NCBI GenBank assembly: GCA_902616725.1
Contig: CACMTZ010000002.1
Span: forward strand, 126,811-190,810
DNA: 64,000 nt
DNA from: an uncultured Pelagibacteraceae bacterium
GTDB lineage: Bacteria > Pseudomonadota > Alphaproteobacteria > Pelagibacterales > Pelagibacteraceae
Reading direction: 5' to 3'
Made by a program: the position numbers and the translations under genes. Below are positions 9,537 through 21,010 of the stretch, one piece after another; positions within the stretch are counted from its first letter, which is position 1; each line of letters opens with the position of its first letter. The notes under the pieces were generated by a model that did no database searches, was not told where the DNA came from, and saw only the letters and a list, made by a program, of their open reading frames with translations.

Positions 9537-10098
9537 AAAAGTAAGAACTGCAGTTTTTATTTCTGGCACAGGAAGTAACTTAAAAAGTCTAATAAAATTT
9601 TCTTTAAAAAAAGTTTCTCCAATTGAAGTTAATTTAATTGTTTCAAATAATGTAAAAGCAAAAGGACTTAAATTTGCAAAACTATATAAGATTAAAAAAA
9701 AAGTTTATAATTATAATGAAAAGAAAGTCTCAGAAAAAAGAATATTAAAAGACCTTAAGTTAAATGACATTAAACTAATATGTCTCGCGGGGTTTATGAA
9801 AATTTTATCTAAAGATTTTATAAGGAAGTTTAAAGGAAAAATTTTGAACATACATCCCTCTTTATTACCAAAATACAAAGGATTAAACACACACTATAGA
9901 GCAATTCAAAACAAAGAAAAATACTCGGGATGTACAGTGCATTTAGTAAACTCAAAACTTGACTCAGGAAAAATAATTCTTCAAAAAAAAGTCAAATTAT
10001 CAAAAAAAGAAACACCCTCATCTCTTCAAAAGAAAATATTAAAACATGAACATATTTTATATCCAAGAGCTATAAGAAAGATATTTGTTAGTCTTTAA
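9514..10098 (+). CDS. purN: phosphoribosylglycinamide formyltransferase
   Basis: 194 aa with FISGTGSNL and NIHPSLLPKYKGLNTH motifs. It overlaps purM by 23 nt. Confidence 0.93.
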   Translation: MVKLIGPKKVRTAVFISGTGSNLKSLIKFSLKKVSPIEVNLIVSNNVKAKGLKFAKLYKIKKKVYNYNEKKVSEKRILKDLKLNDIKLICLAGFMKILSKDFIRKFKGKILNIHPSLLPKYKGLNTHYRAIQNKEKYSGCTVHLVNSKLDSGKIILQKKVKLSKKETPSSLQKKILKHEHILYPRAIRKIFVSL

Positions 10099-10498
10099 AG
10101 AAAAAATCAATTTCAATTTTTGCATTTTCAACACTATCAGAACCATGTACTGAATTTTTATCTATAGAAATGCCATATTTTTTCCTGATTGTTCCTTCCT
10201 CAGCATCTTTAGGGTTAGTTGCTCCCATTAATTTTCTATTGTCAGCCACAGCGTTTTTTTTCTCAAGTATCATTGCAACAATAGGGCCTGATGATAGATA
10301 TGAACATAAGTCATTATAAAACGGTTTCGTTTCATGGACTTTATAAAACTTTTCAGCCTCTGATTTTTCTAACTGAATTTTTTTTTCTTTAAATATATTA
10401 AATCCGTTTTTTATAAACAATTGTTTGATTTCATTATCCAGGTTTCTTTCTACTGCATCTGGTTTAATTATTGATAAAGTTTGTTCGGTGTTACTCAT
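10088..10498 (-). CDS. ndk: nucleoside-diphosphate kinase
   Basis: TLSIIKPDAV and the active-site NSVHGSDS motif. The ATG at 10496-10498 gives 136 aa; the track start at 10510 is a TTG. Confidence 0.95.
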   Translation of the reverse strand: MSNTEQTLSIIKPDAVERNLDNEIKQLFIKNGFNIFKEKKIQLEKSEAEKFYKVHETKPFYNDLCSYLSSGPIVAMILEKKNAVADNRKLMGATNPKDAEEGTIRKKYGISIDKNSVHGSDSVENAKIEIDFFFKD

Positions 10499-11960
10499 AA
10501 TAATCTTCAATTAGTTGATTTAATAATCTAACTCCAAATCCAGTTGCACCCTCAGAGTTTAAGGCACCTCCATATTTTGAAAATGCCATACCTGCAATAT
10601 CTAAATGTGCCCAAGGAGTTTTATTAAGGATGAACCTCTGTAAAAATTGTGCCGCGGTAGTTGAGCCAGCTCCTCCAACATAATTAATATTTTGCATATC
10701 AGCATTTTTAGAGTTGATTAACTTATCGTAATTTTTATCAAGTGGCATCCTCCATACTCTCTCTCCAACTTTTTGTCCCGCATCAAACAATTGTTTAGAC
10801 AACTTATCATTATTTGAAAAAAGTCCTGCAAATTCAGAACCTAAAGAAACTATAATTGCTCCTGTCAAAGTTGCTAAATCAACAATAAATTCAGGCTTAT
10901 ATTTTTTTTCTGTATAAGTAAGCGCATCAGCTAAAACTAATCTTCCTTCAGCATCTGTGTTCAAAACTTCGATTGTCTTACCACTATAAGATTTTACTAT
11001 GTCACCAGGTCTTTGAGCATTACCACCTGGCATATTTTCTACTAAACCAACAACTCCAATCGCATTTATTTTTGCTTTCCTTAATGCAAGATTTTTCATT
11101 AAACCTACAACAACGGCAGAACCAGCCATATCATAAGTCATATCTTCCATAAATTTTGCAGGTTTGAGAGAAATACCACCAGTATCAAAACAAACTCCTT
11201 TTCCAACAAATGCTAAAGGTTTCTTTTTCATTTTATTACCTTTCCACTCTAAAGTAACAAGATAAGATCCCCTTATACTACCCTGTCCTACACCTAATAG
11301 AGCATTCATACCAAGTTTTTTTAATTTCTTTTTGTCGAATACATTTACTTTAAGACCAAATTTTCTAAGTTGTAATAATCTTTTTGCATATTCATCTGGA
11401 TGAAGAATGTTCCCAGGTTCAGAAACGAGATCTTTAGTTAAATTTATACCTTCAGTGAGTGATTTATATTTCTTATTTTTATTAAATTGGAAAGCTTTGT
11501 TTTTATTAAAGATTTCTATATCAAACTTTTTTTCTTTACTTTTAGATTTATATTTATTGAATTCATACGATTTTAATTGAAGGCCTTGTGCAAATTGATC
11601 AAATAAAAATTTGTTTTTAGGAAAAGTATTACTTATGTTTTGTTCATAAAAGGTTGTTTTGAAATACGAATTTGATTTTAAATACTGATAAAATTCAGCT
11701 CCGATTTTTTCAATATCTAATGGAGATTGACTATCTTTAATTTTTATCAAAATAACTTTTTGTGAAGAATTTATGTCTAATGATAAAAAATTCTTATCAG
11801 CTAAGTCACTTAAGCTAAGTGACTGATTAATAAAACTTGAGTATTTAGATATTGGAAGTTTGCCAAGTTCATTTATTCTAAAATTTTTATTAGTAAAAAA
11901 AACATGATTTTTTACTAATTTTGGTTTTAAGCTATTTTTAATACTTATTTTTATTGACAT
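10491..11960 (-). CDS. pepA: leucyl aminopeptidase (M17)
   Basis: 489 aa with VGKGVCFDTGGISLKP and the NTDAEGRLVLADAL signature. It is divergent from lptF, as in many proteobacteria. Confidence 0.95.
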   Translation of the reverse strand: MSIKISIKNSLKPKLVKNHVFFTNKNFRINELGKLPISKYSSFINQSLSLSDLADKNFLSLDINSSQKVILIKIKDSQSPLDIEKIGAEFYQYLKSNSYFKTTFYEQNISNTFPKNKFLFDQFAQGLQLKSYEFNKYKSKSKEKKFDIEIFNKNKAFQFNKNKKYKSLTEGINLTKDLVSEPGNILHPDEYAKRLLQLRKFGLKVNVFDKKKLKKLGMNALLGVGQGSIRGSYLVTLEWKGNKMKKKPLAFVGKGVCFDTGGISLKPAKFMEDMTYDMAGSAVVVGLMKNLALRKAKINAIGVVGLVENMPGGNAQRPGDIVKSYSGKTIEVLNTDAEGRLVLADALTYTEKKYKPEFIVDLATLTGAIIVSLGSEFAGLFSNNDKLSKQLFDAGQKVGERVWRMPLDKNYDKLINSKNADMQNINYVGGAGSTTAAQFLQRFILNKTPWAHLDIAGMAFSKYGGALNSEGATGFGVRLLNQLIEDYYE

Positions 11961-12042
11961 TTTTTATATATTTGTACCTTAGGTTGTATTTAAATTGTAA
12001 ACTAATAGTTGAAAATATATAAATATATTTTGATTAATTTCA

Positions 12043-13179
12043 ATGAAAAAAATATTATTTAGAAAACTTCTTGGTGATTGTTTAATTTTTTTTCTCATAA
12101 CACTCTTTTCCTCAGGAATTATCATATGGGTCTTTCAAGCTGTTAACTTTTTAGATATTGTAGTTGAAGATGGGAGAAATTATTTAGTTTATCTAAATTT
12201 CTCTCTTTTAAATTTTCCAAAAGTGATAAGTAAACTGGTTCCTTTTGTGCTTTTTTTTAGTTTTTTATATGTCATCGGAAAATATGAATTAAAAAACGAA
12301 TTAATTATTTTTTGGAATTTTGGAATAAATAAAATTGATCTAATAAATTTTTTTGTAAAATTTTCTTTTGTAATAATGTTATTTCAGATATTTCTCACTG
12401 CTACTATAGTTCCAAAAAGTCAAGATTTAGCTAGATCTTTTTTACGTACTTCATCATACAATTATTTGGAAAATTTTATAAAACCAAAAATTTTTAATGA
12501 TGCAGTCAAAGGATTAACAATTTATAGTAATTCCAAAGATGAATTTGGAAATTTAAAAGAGATATATTTAAAAAAAGGCTCTGGAGATAATTTTCAAATT
12601 ACATTTGCAAAAGAAGGGCGATTTAAACAAATAGGTAAAAGTCAATTTTTAGAATTAAACTTTGGAGAAACGATAAGCGTAATTAATGATAAAATAACTA
12701 ATTTTAAATTTAAAAAAACTGATTTTAACCTAAGTAATTTTGATGATAATACTACCACTTATAAAAAAACCCAAGAGGTTTCAACTTTAGATCTAATTAG
12801 ATGTTATCATAATCTAATGAATTTCACCCTTCTTAAAATAGATGAAAATTTTAGCGTTGAAAATTGTCGATTGGATAATATTGATAATATAATAAAGGAA
12901 TTATACAAACGAATTATAATTCCATTGTATATTCCTGTATTAATACTTATCGCGCTAATGTTAATATTCAAATCTAAAGAGAATATTAATTACCCTAAAT
13001 ACAGAATTTTAATCTTTTTTATAGGTTTTATAACAATTATCCTCTCAGAAATGACAATAAGGTTGATCAATGAGGACTTTATTAAAAATTTAAAATATTT
13101 TGTAATTCCAGTTATATTAGTAATAGGCCTTTACCTTAACTATATATTTCAATTTAAGCACGCGAGAATTTTTAAATGA
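12043..13179 (+). CDS. lptF: LPS export ABC transporter permease LptF
   Basis: 378-aa YjgP/YjgQ-type membrane protein, first of a tandem pair upstream of lptD. Confidence 0.85.
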   Translation: MKKILFRKLLGDCLIFFLITLFSSGIIIWVFQAVNFLDIVVEDGRNYLVYLNFSLLNFPKVISKLVPFVLFFSFLYVIGKYELKNELIIFWNFGINKIDLINFFVKFSFVIMLFQIFLTATIVPKSQDLARSFLRTSSYNYLENFIKPKIFNDAVKGLTIYSNSKDEFGNLKEIYLKKGSGDNFQITFAKEGRFKQIGKSQFLELNFGETISVINDKITNFKFKKTDFNLSNFDDNTTTYKKTQEVSTLDLIRCYHNLMNFTLLKIDENFSVENCRLDNIDNIIKELYKRIIIPLYIPVLILIALMLIFKSKENINYPKYRILIFFIGFITIILSEMTIRLINEDFIKNLKYFVIPVILVIGLYLNYIFQFKHARIFK

Positions 13180-14249
13180 ATACTTACACAAAATTCTTAG
13201 TAAAAACTTATTTATTTTCTATATTAAATGTTTTTTTGATTTTTTTTTGTTTAATATTTATCCTGAATATTCTAACAGAATTAGAGTTCTTTAAACAAAC
13301 AGACGTAGAAACTTATTTTCCACTTTATTTATCACTTATAAATACTCCAATATTTGTTTTTGAAATGTTTCCATTTATTTTTTTAATATCAACACAATTC
13401 TTTTTTAATACTCTTTTTTCAGATAATGAAATTAACATCTTTAAATATTCTGGCCTCAAAAATACTAAAATATTCTCAATTTTGGCAATTACCACTTTTT
13501 TTGTCGGAGTAATAATAATTTCTTTTTTTTACAATTTATCATCAAATCTAAAAAATTTATATTTAGGACTAAAATCAAATTATACTGAAGATAAAAAATA
13601 TCTTGCTGTAATAACCAATAATGGTTTATGGATAAAAGATATATATAATGAAAAAATTCTGATGATAAATGCAAGCTCTTTCAACAACAATGAACTTGTT
13701 AATACTTATATTTCAGAATTTGATAAAAATTTCAAAATTATAAGAAATATCAAAAGTGAAAAAATTGATATTACAAACAAAGAATGGATAATAAAAGATG
13801 CTGAAATTTATATTCAAAACAATAGAGAAGTATCCAAAAAATTAAAACTTAAAACTAATTTCGATTATAAATTAATACAGAATTTATTTTCAAATATGTC
13901 GTCTCTGTCATTTATTGAGCTTATTGAAATGAGAAAAAATTATAAAAAACTTAATTATTCGTTAACAGAAATAGATTTACAACTTTTTAAATTAATCTCA
14001 TTTCCTATATATTTTATTTTAATGTTTGTCTTTTCGGCAATAATTATGATGAATACCAAAACCTTTAAAAATAAAAGTATTAAAATAATCATAGGACTTT
14101 TTTTATCAGTAATAATTTATTATGTTAATAATTTTTTTTATGTACTTGGAACTTCAGAAAAAATAAATGTTCTTACTTCTGTGTTTGTCCCACTAATAAT
14201 GCTTACAATTATCAATTTTTTACTCATGAGAAATATAAATGCAAAATAA
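13176..14249 (+). CDS. lptG: LPS export ABC transporter permease LptG
   Basis: 357-aa YjgP/YjgQ-type membrane protein with a 4-nt ATGA overlap with lptF. Confidence 0.85.
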   Translation: MNTYTKFLVKTYLFSILNVFLIFFCLIFILNILTELEFFKQTDVETYFPLYLSLINTPIFVFEMFPFIFLISTQFFFNTLFSDNEINIFKYSGLKNTKIFSILAITTFFVGVIIISFFYNLSSNLKNLYLGLKSNYTEDKKYLAVITNNGLWIKDIYNEKILMINASSFNNNELVNTYISEFDKNFKIIRNIKSEKIDITNKEWIIKDAEIYIQNNREVSKKLKLKTNFDYKLIQNLFSNMSSLSFIELIEMRKNYKKLNYSLTEIDLQLFKLISFPIYFILMFVFSAIIMMNTKTFKNKSIKIIIGLFLSVIIYYVNNFFYVLGTSEKINVLTSVFVPLIMLTIINFLLMRNINAK

Positions 14250-16665
14250 AATTATTATATTTTTATTAATAATACTCAATTTAATTATTTTTAGAGCATA
14301 TGGTGATGATCAATTCAGTTTTGATGTAACTGAGATAGAAATTTTAGATGGTGGTGACACAATAATTGGGAAAAAAAGAGGTACAATAACGACAAATAAT
14401 GGAATCATTATTGAGGCTGATGAGTTTGAATTTGATAAAATAGAAAATATTCTTATTGCTACAGGCAATATAAAAATTGAGGATCAAATTAATAAATATT
14501 ATTTTTCTGGGCAAAAAATTTTATATCTTAAAAATGAAGATAAAATTGAATTTAAAGGTGAAGCAGAAGCTTTGATCGATAATAGCTATGAGTTTAAAAC
14601 TGAAAATATTATCATACTTAGAGAGCAAATGATTATTAGCTCAAATATTGGAGCTACGATTATAGATAATATTAATCAAACAAGATATGAAATTGGAAAA
14701 TTTAGCTATTCAATTAAAGAAAAAATTTTAAAAGGTGAAAAATTTTTTATCAACACAAAATACAAGCAGCCCTTTAATGATAAATATTTTTTTAAAACTG
14801 CAGTTTTTAATCTTAAAAATCAAAACTATATCGCACAAGATATAAATATTAATTTTAAAAAAGATATGTTCGGTAATAAAAATAATGATCCAAGATTTAA
14901 AGGTCTTTCTTCATCAAGTAAAAATGGTGTCACTACAATAAACAAAGGTGTCTTTACTAGCTGTAAAAAAAATGACAATTGTTCACCATGGACTATTCAA
15001 GCTGATAAGATTACTTATGATAAAAGTAAAAAACAAATTAACTATGATAACGCTGTAGTAAAAGTTTATAATATTCCTTTTTTGTATTTTCCAAAATTTT
15101 TTCATCCTGGACCAACTGTTAAGAGACAAACAGGTCTTTTAGTGCCTCACATAAACAATTCAAGTATTTTAGGAACTTCTTTGCAAATACCTTATTATTA
15201 TGCTCCATCCGTAAATAAAGATTTTACTTTTAAACCAACAATTTTTGATAAAGATATTTTCATGTTCCAAAATGAGTATAGACAACAAAATAAAAATTCT
15301 TATCTTATCGCTGATTTTAATATTGTAGATGGCTATAAATCTAAAAAATCAAATGAAAAAAATACTTTGACTCATTTATTTTCAAAATACGAAATGGATT
15401 TAGATTTCGAAAATTTTATTGAAAGTTCATTAAATATTTCATTTCAAAAGGTAAATAATGACTCTTATCTTAAAGTTTTTGACACAAATTTGATGGATAC
15501 AGACCTTAAACCAGATAATTTTAACACTTTGACCTCAGATATAGATTTTAATTTAGAAAATGAAAAGTTTGCATTCAATGCTGGTTTTACTGCTTATGAA
15601 AACCTCTCAAAAACAAATAGTGATCGTTATCAATATGTATTACCTTACTTTGATTTTTCGAAGAGCTTTTTTAATAATAATTTTGCATCCTTCAATTTTA
15701 TTTCTCAAGGAGATAACATATTAAAAGATACAAATAGTCTAAGATCAAGAATGATTAATAATTTGAGTGTTCAGAGTTATGATTATTTTTCAAAAAACGG
15801 GATTAAGAATAATTTAAATTATTATTTAAAAAATACAATAAGTGCTGGAAAAAATAATGATGAATATGATTCAAGTCCACATATTAAGTTAATGAGTATT
15901 TTTGAAATGGCCTCAAGTTTCCCGCTTGTTAAAAAAAATGAAAATTTTATTGATAATCTAAACCCGAAATTATCTTTGAGATTAAATCCATCAGATATGA
16001 AAATTTATAAAAATGAAAAAAGACAAATCAATACTGAGAATTTATTTAATATAGATAGACTTGGTTTTATAGATACGCTTGAGTCAGGACAAAACTTAAC
16101 AATAGGATTAGATTATAAAAAGGAAAAAATAGATAATATAAATAAATACTTTGAATTAAATCTTGGTAAAGTTATTAGAACAAAATCAAATAAAAATATT
16201 CCATCTAATAGTACACTAAACAAAAAGAATTCTAACTATTTTGGTAAATTGACGAATAACTTAAATGAAAACATAAAACTAAATTATGAATTCTCAATAA
16301 ATCATGATTTAGATGAGGTTCAATACAATTCAATTTCAACATCTTTTTCAAAAAATAATTTTGTAACCACATTTAATTATATCGAGGAAAATGATAATGT
16401 TGGAAGTACTAACATTTTAGAAAATGTGACAACTTTTAACATAGATGATCAAAATTTTATAACATTTAGAACTAGAGAGAATAAGGAAATAGATTTGACT
16501 GAATATTATGATTTAATTTATGAATATAGAAATGATTGTTTAGTTGCTGGCATTAAATATAATAAAACTTACTATCAAGATAGAGATCTGGAACCAACAG
16601 AAGATTTTATGTTTACTATAAAACTTATTCCCTTAACAGCTGTTGAGCAAAAGTTAGTAAATTAA
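14239..16665 (+). CDS. lptD: LPS-assembly outer-membrane protein LptD (OstA/Imp)
   Basis: 808 aa with a signal peptide, an N-terminal OstA-like region and a long beta-rich C-terminal part. It sits in the conserved lptD-surA-pdxA-rsmA order. Confidence 0.88.
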   Translation: MQNKIIIFLLIILNLIIFRAYGDDQFSFDVTEIEILDGGDTIIGKKRGTITTNNGIIIEADEFEFDKIENILIATGNIKIEDQINKYYFSGQKILYLKNEDKIEFKGEAEALIDNSYEFKTENIIILREQMIISSNIGATIIDNINQTRYEIGKFSYSIKEKILKGEKFFINTKYKQPFNDKYFFKTAVFNLKNQNYIAQDININFKKDMFGNKNNDPRFKGLSSSSKNGVTTINKGVFTSCKKNDNCSPWTIQADKITYDKSKKQINYDNAVVKVYNIPFLYFPKFFHPGPTVKRQTGLLVPHINNSSILGTSLQIPYYYAPSVNKDFTFKPTIFDKDIFMFQNEYRQQNKNSYLIADFNIVDGYKSKKSNEKNTLTHLFSKYEMDLDFENFIESSLNISFQKVNNDSYLKVFDTNLMDTDLKPDNFNTLTSDIDFNLENEKFAFNAGFTAYENLSKTNSDRYQYVLPYFDFSKSFFNNNFASFNFISQGDNILKDTNSLRSRMINNLSVQSYDYFSKNGIKNNLNYYLKNTISAGKNNDEYDSSPHIKLMSIFEMASSFPLVKKNENFIDNLNPKLSLRLNPSDMKIYKNEKRQINTENLFNIDRLGFIDTLESGQNLTIGLDYKKEKIDNINKYFELNLGKVIRTKSNKNIPSNSTLNKKNSNYFGKLTNNLNENIKLNYEFSINHDLDEVQYNSISTSFSKNNFVTTFNYIEENDNVGSTNILENVTTFNIDDQNFITFRTRENKEIDLTEYYDLIYEYRNDCLVAGIKYNKTYYQDRDLEPTEDFMFTIKLIPLTAVEQKLVN

Positions 16666-16668
16666 AAA

Positions 16669-17613
16669 ATGCGCTTACTTAGAAAGCTAAAGGATTATTT
16701 AATAATTTTATTGATAATATTATTGAGTGTAAAAAACTCAAATGCATTTGAAAATAAGATATTATTCAAAATTGATAATGAAATAATTACTTCAATTGAT
16801 ATTTATGAGGAAATAAAATTTCTTAAAATTTTCAATCCTAATGCAAACAATCTTACTGAGCCAGAGTTATTTGAAATATCTAAAAATTCAATATTAAGAG
16901 ATAAGATAAAAAAGATTGAAATAAAAAAATTAGTCAAAGATATAAAGGTTGAAGATAAATTTTTATTAGATTTAATTAGACGTAAATACTTTAAAACTGA
17001 AATAAATTCTTTAGAAATTTTTGAAAGTTATTTAAAAAATAATAATCTAAATATAAATACAATAAGAGAAAAGTTTACTATAGAATTAATTTGGAATGAT
17101 TTGATTTATCAAAAATTTTATAAAAAAATTGTAATTGACAGAGAAAAAATAAAAAACGAAATTTTACAAAATTCTCAAAAAGATTACCAAAAAGAGTTTT
17201 TGCTTTCAGAAATAGTTTTTAATGTTGAAAGTAAAGATGATTTAAAAATCAAATATGAAAAAATTCTAATGGATTTAGAAAAAATAGGTTTTAAAAAAAC
17301 AGCTTTAATACATAGTAGTTCTGAAACAGCATCTAATGGTGGCCTAATTGGCTGGATCAAGGAGGATAACCTCAATCAAATTATTAAAAAAGTTATCTCG
17401 CAGTTAGAAATTGGTGAATTTTCAAAACCAATAAGAACCTCATCAGGATTTATAATAATAAAAGTTGAAGATGAAAAAAAAAGTGCACTAAAATTTAATT
17501 TAGAAGAAAAAGTCAATGAAATTATTAGGTTTAAAACAAATGAACAATTGAATCAATTTTCTAGTATATATTTTAATAAACTCAAAAAAGATTTAATAAT
17601 TTATGAATTATAA
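16669..17613 (+). CDS. surA: SurA-like periplasmic chaperone / parvulin-type peptidyl-prolyl isomerase
   Basis: 314 aa with a signal peptide and a parvulin-like segment (GGLIGWIKEDNL…SSGFIIIKVED). Its position between lptD and pdxA fits. Confidence 0.8.
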   Translation: MRLLRKLKDYLIILLIILLSVKNSNAFENKILFKIDNEIITSIDIYEEIKFLKIFNPNANNLTEPELFEISKNSILRDKIKKIEIKKLVKDIKVEDKFLLDLIRRKYFKTEINSLEIFESYLKNNNLNINTIREKFTIELIWNDLIYQKFYKKIVIDREKIKNEILQNSQKDYQKEFLLSEIVFNVESKDDLKIKYEKILMDLEKIGFKKTALIHSSSETASNGGLIGWIKEDNLNQIIKKVISQLEIGEFSKPIRTSSGFIIIKVEDEKKSALKFNLEEKVNEIIRFKTNEQLNQFSSIYFNKLKKDLIIYEL

Positions 17614-18571
17614 ACCTATTATTATAGTTGCTGGAGAGCCTAATAGTATTTTTTTTGAAATTTTTTTTAAGTCATTAAGATATAAAAAATTTAACAGCCC
17701 TATTGTTTTAATTGCATCTTACAATTTAATCAAATTACAAATGAAAAAGTTAAATATTAATAAAAAGATTAACTTAATTAATGCTTTAAATTTCGAAAAT
17801 TATCGTTTGAACAACAAAAAAATAAATTTGATCGACATAAATTTTAACCAAAAAAGTGCTTTTGATAAAATTTCAAGTAAATCAAATGTTTATATTCAAA
17901 AATCATTTGATACAGCTCTAAAAATATTAAAAAAGAATATATCAAATAAATTTATTAATGGTCCTATCTCAAAAAAATTTTTTTTAAAAAAAAAATATTT
18001 AGGTATTACTGAATACTTAGCTGATAAAACAAAAACTAAAAATTTTGCCATGTTGATTTACAATCAACACCTGTCTGTATGTCCGCTAACAACTCATTTG
18101 CCAATAAAAAAAGTTTCAAAAAAAATAAATAAAGACTTAATAAAAGAAAAAGTTAAATTGATAAGTATTTTTTATAAGAAATATTTAAAAAAAAAACCAG
18201 TAATGGCAATAACTGGGTTAAATCCTCATTGTGAATCCAATAGTGATTTGAATGAAGATGAAAAAATAATTAAACCAACCATAAAATCTTTAATTAAATC
18301 AAATTATAAAGTTTCGGGACCATATGCTGCTGATACAATTTTTCTTAAAAAAAATAGAAAGAAATATAATGTAATTGTTGGTATGTACCATGATCAAGTT
18401 TTAACTCCCTTAAAAACAATATTTGAATATGACGCAATTAACATTACTTTGGGTCTTCCGTTCATAAGAGTTTCTCCTGACCATGGACCTAATGAAAAAA
18501 TGCTTGGAAAAAATAGATCAAACCCACTTAGTTTAATTAAAGCGTTAACTTTTTTAGACACTATAAAGTGA
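17603..18571 (+). CDS. pdxA: 4-hydroxythreonine-4-phosphate dehydrogenase
   Basis: 322 aa with GEPNSI, GLNPHCE, MYHDQVLTPLK and RVSPDHGP motifs. Confidence 0.93.
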   Translation: MNYKPIIIVAGEPNSIFFEIFFKSLRYKKFNSPIVLIASYNLIKLQMKKLNINKKINLINALNFENYRLNNKKINLIDINFNQKSAFDKISSKSNVYIQKSFDTALKILKKNISNKFINGPISKKFFLKKKYLGITEYLADKTKTKNFAMLIYNQHLSVCPLTTHLPIKKVSKKINKDLIKEKVKLISIFYKKYLKKKPVMAITGLNPHCESNSDLNEDEKIIKPTIKSLIKSNYKVSGPYAADTIFLKKNRKKYNVIVGMYHDQVLTPLKTIFEYDAINITLGLPFIRVSPDHGPNEKMLGKNRSNPLSLIKALTFLDTIK

Positions 18572-19350
18572 TTAAATTAAAGAAAAGTTTAGGTCAAAAT
18601 TTTTTAATAAATGAAAATATACTAGAAAAAATTGTTTCTTTAATAGAAATTAAAAATAAATCAATACTTGAAGTTGGCCCAGGAACAGGTAACTTAACAA
18701 AATATATCCTAAGAGAAAATCCAAAAAAACTTTTTGTTGTTGAGAAAGATAAAGCTTTGTCTTTTTATTTAAGAAAAAAATTTAAGGATAAAATAATTTT
18801 GATAAACGAGGATATTTTAAAAATTAATGAAAAAACTCTTAATGAGGAGAAATTGATCGTTTTTGGAAATTTACCATATAATATTTCAACAGAGATACTG
18901 GCAAAATGGGTCCTAAATCTAGATAAAAAAATTTTTTGGTTTAATTGTTTAATTTTAATGTTTCAAAAAGAGGTTGCCGATAGAATTATAAGTGAATTCA
19001 ATTCATCAAAATATGGTAGATTATCAATATTGGCTAATTGGAAATTAAGTGTAAAAAAAATTTGTGATATCAGTCCTGATAGCTTTTCACCCAAACCTAA
19101 AGTTGATAGCTCATTATTGTTTTTCACACCAAAAAAAAATTTTTATGAATTCAAAAACCCAAAAAACCTCGAAAAATTAACCAGAGTTTTTTTTAATCAA
19201 AGAAGAAAAAAATTGAAAACGCCTTTCAGTATTTTATTTAACAAGGATAGCAATGTGCTTAAGAAGCTAAAAATTGATTTAGATTTGAGACCTCATAATT
19301 TAAAACATGAAATTTATTATAAATTAACTGAAGAGTATGAGAAATTATGA
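18568..19350 (+). CDS. rsmA: 16S rRNA (adenine1518/1519-N6)-dimethyltransferase
   Basis: 260 aa with [16 protein letters not shown] and GNLPYNIST motifs. It has a 4-nt overlap with pdxA. Confidence 0.95.
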   Translation: MIKLKKSLGQNFLINENILEKIVSLIEIKNKSILEVGPGTGNLTKYILRENPKKLFVVEKDKALSFYLRKKFKDKIILINEDILKINEKTLNEEKLIVFGNLPYNISTEILAKWVLNLDKKIFWFNCLILMFQKEVADRIISEFNSSKYGRLSILANWKLSVKKICDISPDSFSPKPKVDSSLLFFTPKKNFYEFKNPKNLEKLTRVFFNQRRKKLKTPFSILFNKDSNVLKKLKIDLDLRPHNLKHEIYYKLTEEYEKL

Positions 19351-19977
19351 TGTGAGTTTTTCCACATGATTCCTTATAAAATCTTTATCATAATCTTTTG
19401 ATCCATCTTTTGTTTCAGCTTGAATTAAATTAACGATTTTTTTAAAACATTCCTCTAAATCATTATTAATAACAACATAATCATAATTTATCCAATGTAA
19501 TACATCACGCTCAAACTGCTCCATTCTCTCCTCTACAATTAATTTATCTTTCATGTCCCTATTAGATAACCTTTCAAACAACACTTCTTTACTTGGTGGT
19601 AATATAAAAAAAGTGATTAATTTATAATCTAATTTTTTATTTTTAATTTGATCAGCACCCTGCCAATCAATATCAAAGAGCACATTTTTTCCATTATTTA
19701 AATTATTTATTACTGGTGTTCTAGTTGAACCATAAAAATTTTTAAAAACTTTTGCATATTCTAAAAATTCTTGATTGTTAATTAGTCTATTAAATTCTTT
19801 CTCATTAACAAAATAATAATCTTTATCTGGTATTTCATTAGGTCTTGGACTTCTAGTTGTGTGAGAAATAGATACTTCAAAATCATTAAGTTTTGAAAGC
19901 ATATTGACCAACGTAGTCTTACCTGCTCCTGACGGAGAAGATAAAATAATCATCACCCCATCTTTATCTATGGGCAT
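19345..19977 (-). CDS. gmk: guanylate kinase
   Basis: 210 aa with the P-loop [10 protein letters not shown] and an [10 protein letters not shown] motif. Confidence 0.95.
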   Translation of the reverse strand: MPIDKDGVMIILSSPSGAGKTTLVNMLSKLNDFEVSISHTTRSPRPNEIPDKDYYFVNEKEFNRLINNQEFLEYAKVFKNFYGSTRTPVINNLNNGKNVLFDIDWQGADQIKNKKLDYKLITFFILPPSKEVLFERLSNRDMKDKLIVEERMEQFERDVLHWINYDYVVINNDLEECFKKIVNLIQAETKDGSKDYDKDFIRNHVEKLTS

Positions 19978-19984
19978 TTAGAAA

Positions 19985-20224
19985 TTAATTTGCTTTTCCT
20001 TCAATAAATTTTACAGCATCACCTACTGTTAAAATCTTTTCTGCCTCACTATCAGATATTTCTGAACCGAATTCTTCTTCGAAAGCCATTACTAATTCAA
20101 CAGTGTCCAAACTATCTGCGCCCAGGTCATCTATAAAACTTGACTCCTCTGTTACTTTAGCTTCATCAATTCCTAAATGATCTGCAACTATTTTTTTTAC
20201 TTTACTAGATACATCTTCTGACAT
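19985..20224 (-). CDS. acpP: acyl carrier protein
   Basis: 79 aa with the phosphopantetheine site [12 protein letters not shown]. Confidence 0.97.
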   Translation of the reverse strand: MSEDVSSKVKKIVADHLGIDEAKVTEESSFIDDLGADSLDTVELVMAFEEEFGSEISDSEAEKILTVGDAVKFIEGKAN

Positions 20225-20272
20225 TTTGATCCTTTATTTATTAAATTCTTATTAGTTTAATTAGCTATTTTG

Positions 20273-21010
20273 TCAAGCCATATACATGCCTCCATTAACA
20301 TGTATAGTTTCACCATTAATATAATTTGATTGATCTGAGGCTAAAAAAAGAACTGTATTAGCAACATCTTCTGGCTCTCCCAATCTAGCAGATGGAATCT
20401 TGGATAAAATTAATTCTTTAAATTTATCATCCAACTTCTCTGTCATTGCAGTTTTTATAAAACCAGGTGAAATACAATTAACATTTATATTTTTTTTAGC
20501 ATATTCAATTGCCAAACTTTTTGACATTGCAACTATTCCAGCTTTAGATGCTGAGTAATTTGCTTGACCTAAATTTCCAGTATGACCAACAACAGATGTA
20601 ATGTTTATAATTTTACCAGATTTATTTTTTAACATTTTTTTGATCGCAAATTTACTTAGAAGAAATGTAGATGTTAGATTTATCTCTATTATTTTTTTCC
20701 ACTCATCAATGTTCATACGAATTGCTAAATTATCTTTTGTTAGTCCTGCATTATTGACAATGCAATCTAGTTTACCTCCAAGCTTAATCGTAGCATTTTC
20801 AATGAATTCCTCAATTTTTTCGTTTTGAGAAATATCAAAACATAAAATTTCAACGTTTTTTACTTTTGACTTTAATTCCTCTAATTTTTCAATTTTTGTT
20901 CCTGTAGCTAAAACATTTGCCTGAAATTCACTTAATCTATTAACTATTGAATTGCCCAATCCTCCTGATGCTCCTGTAACTATTATATTTTTATTTTTTA
21001 AATTAATCAT
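20273..21010 (-). CDS. fabG: 3-oxoacyl-ACP reductase
   Basis: 245-aa SDR with TGASGGLGNSI and catalytic YSASKAG. It is part of the fabD-fabG-acpP order. Confidence 0.93.
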   Translation of the reverse strand: MINLKNKNIIVTGASGGLGNSIVNRLSEFQANVLATGTKIEKLEELKSKVKNVEILCFDISQNEKIEEFIENATIKLGGKLDCIVNNAGLTKDNLAIRMNIDEWKKIIEINLTSTFLLSKFAIKKMLKNKSGKIINITSVVGHTGNLGQANYSASKAGIVAMSKSLAIEYAKKNINVNCISPGFIKTAMTEKLDDKFKELILSKIPSARLGEPEDVANTVLFLASDQSNYINGETIHVNGGMYMA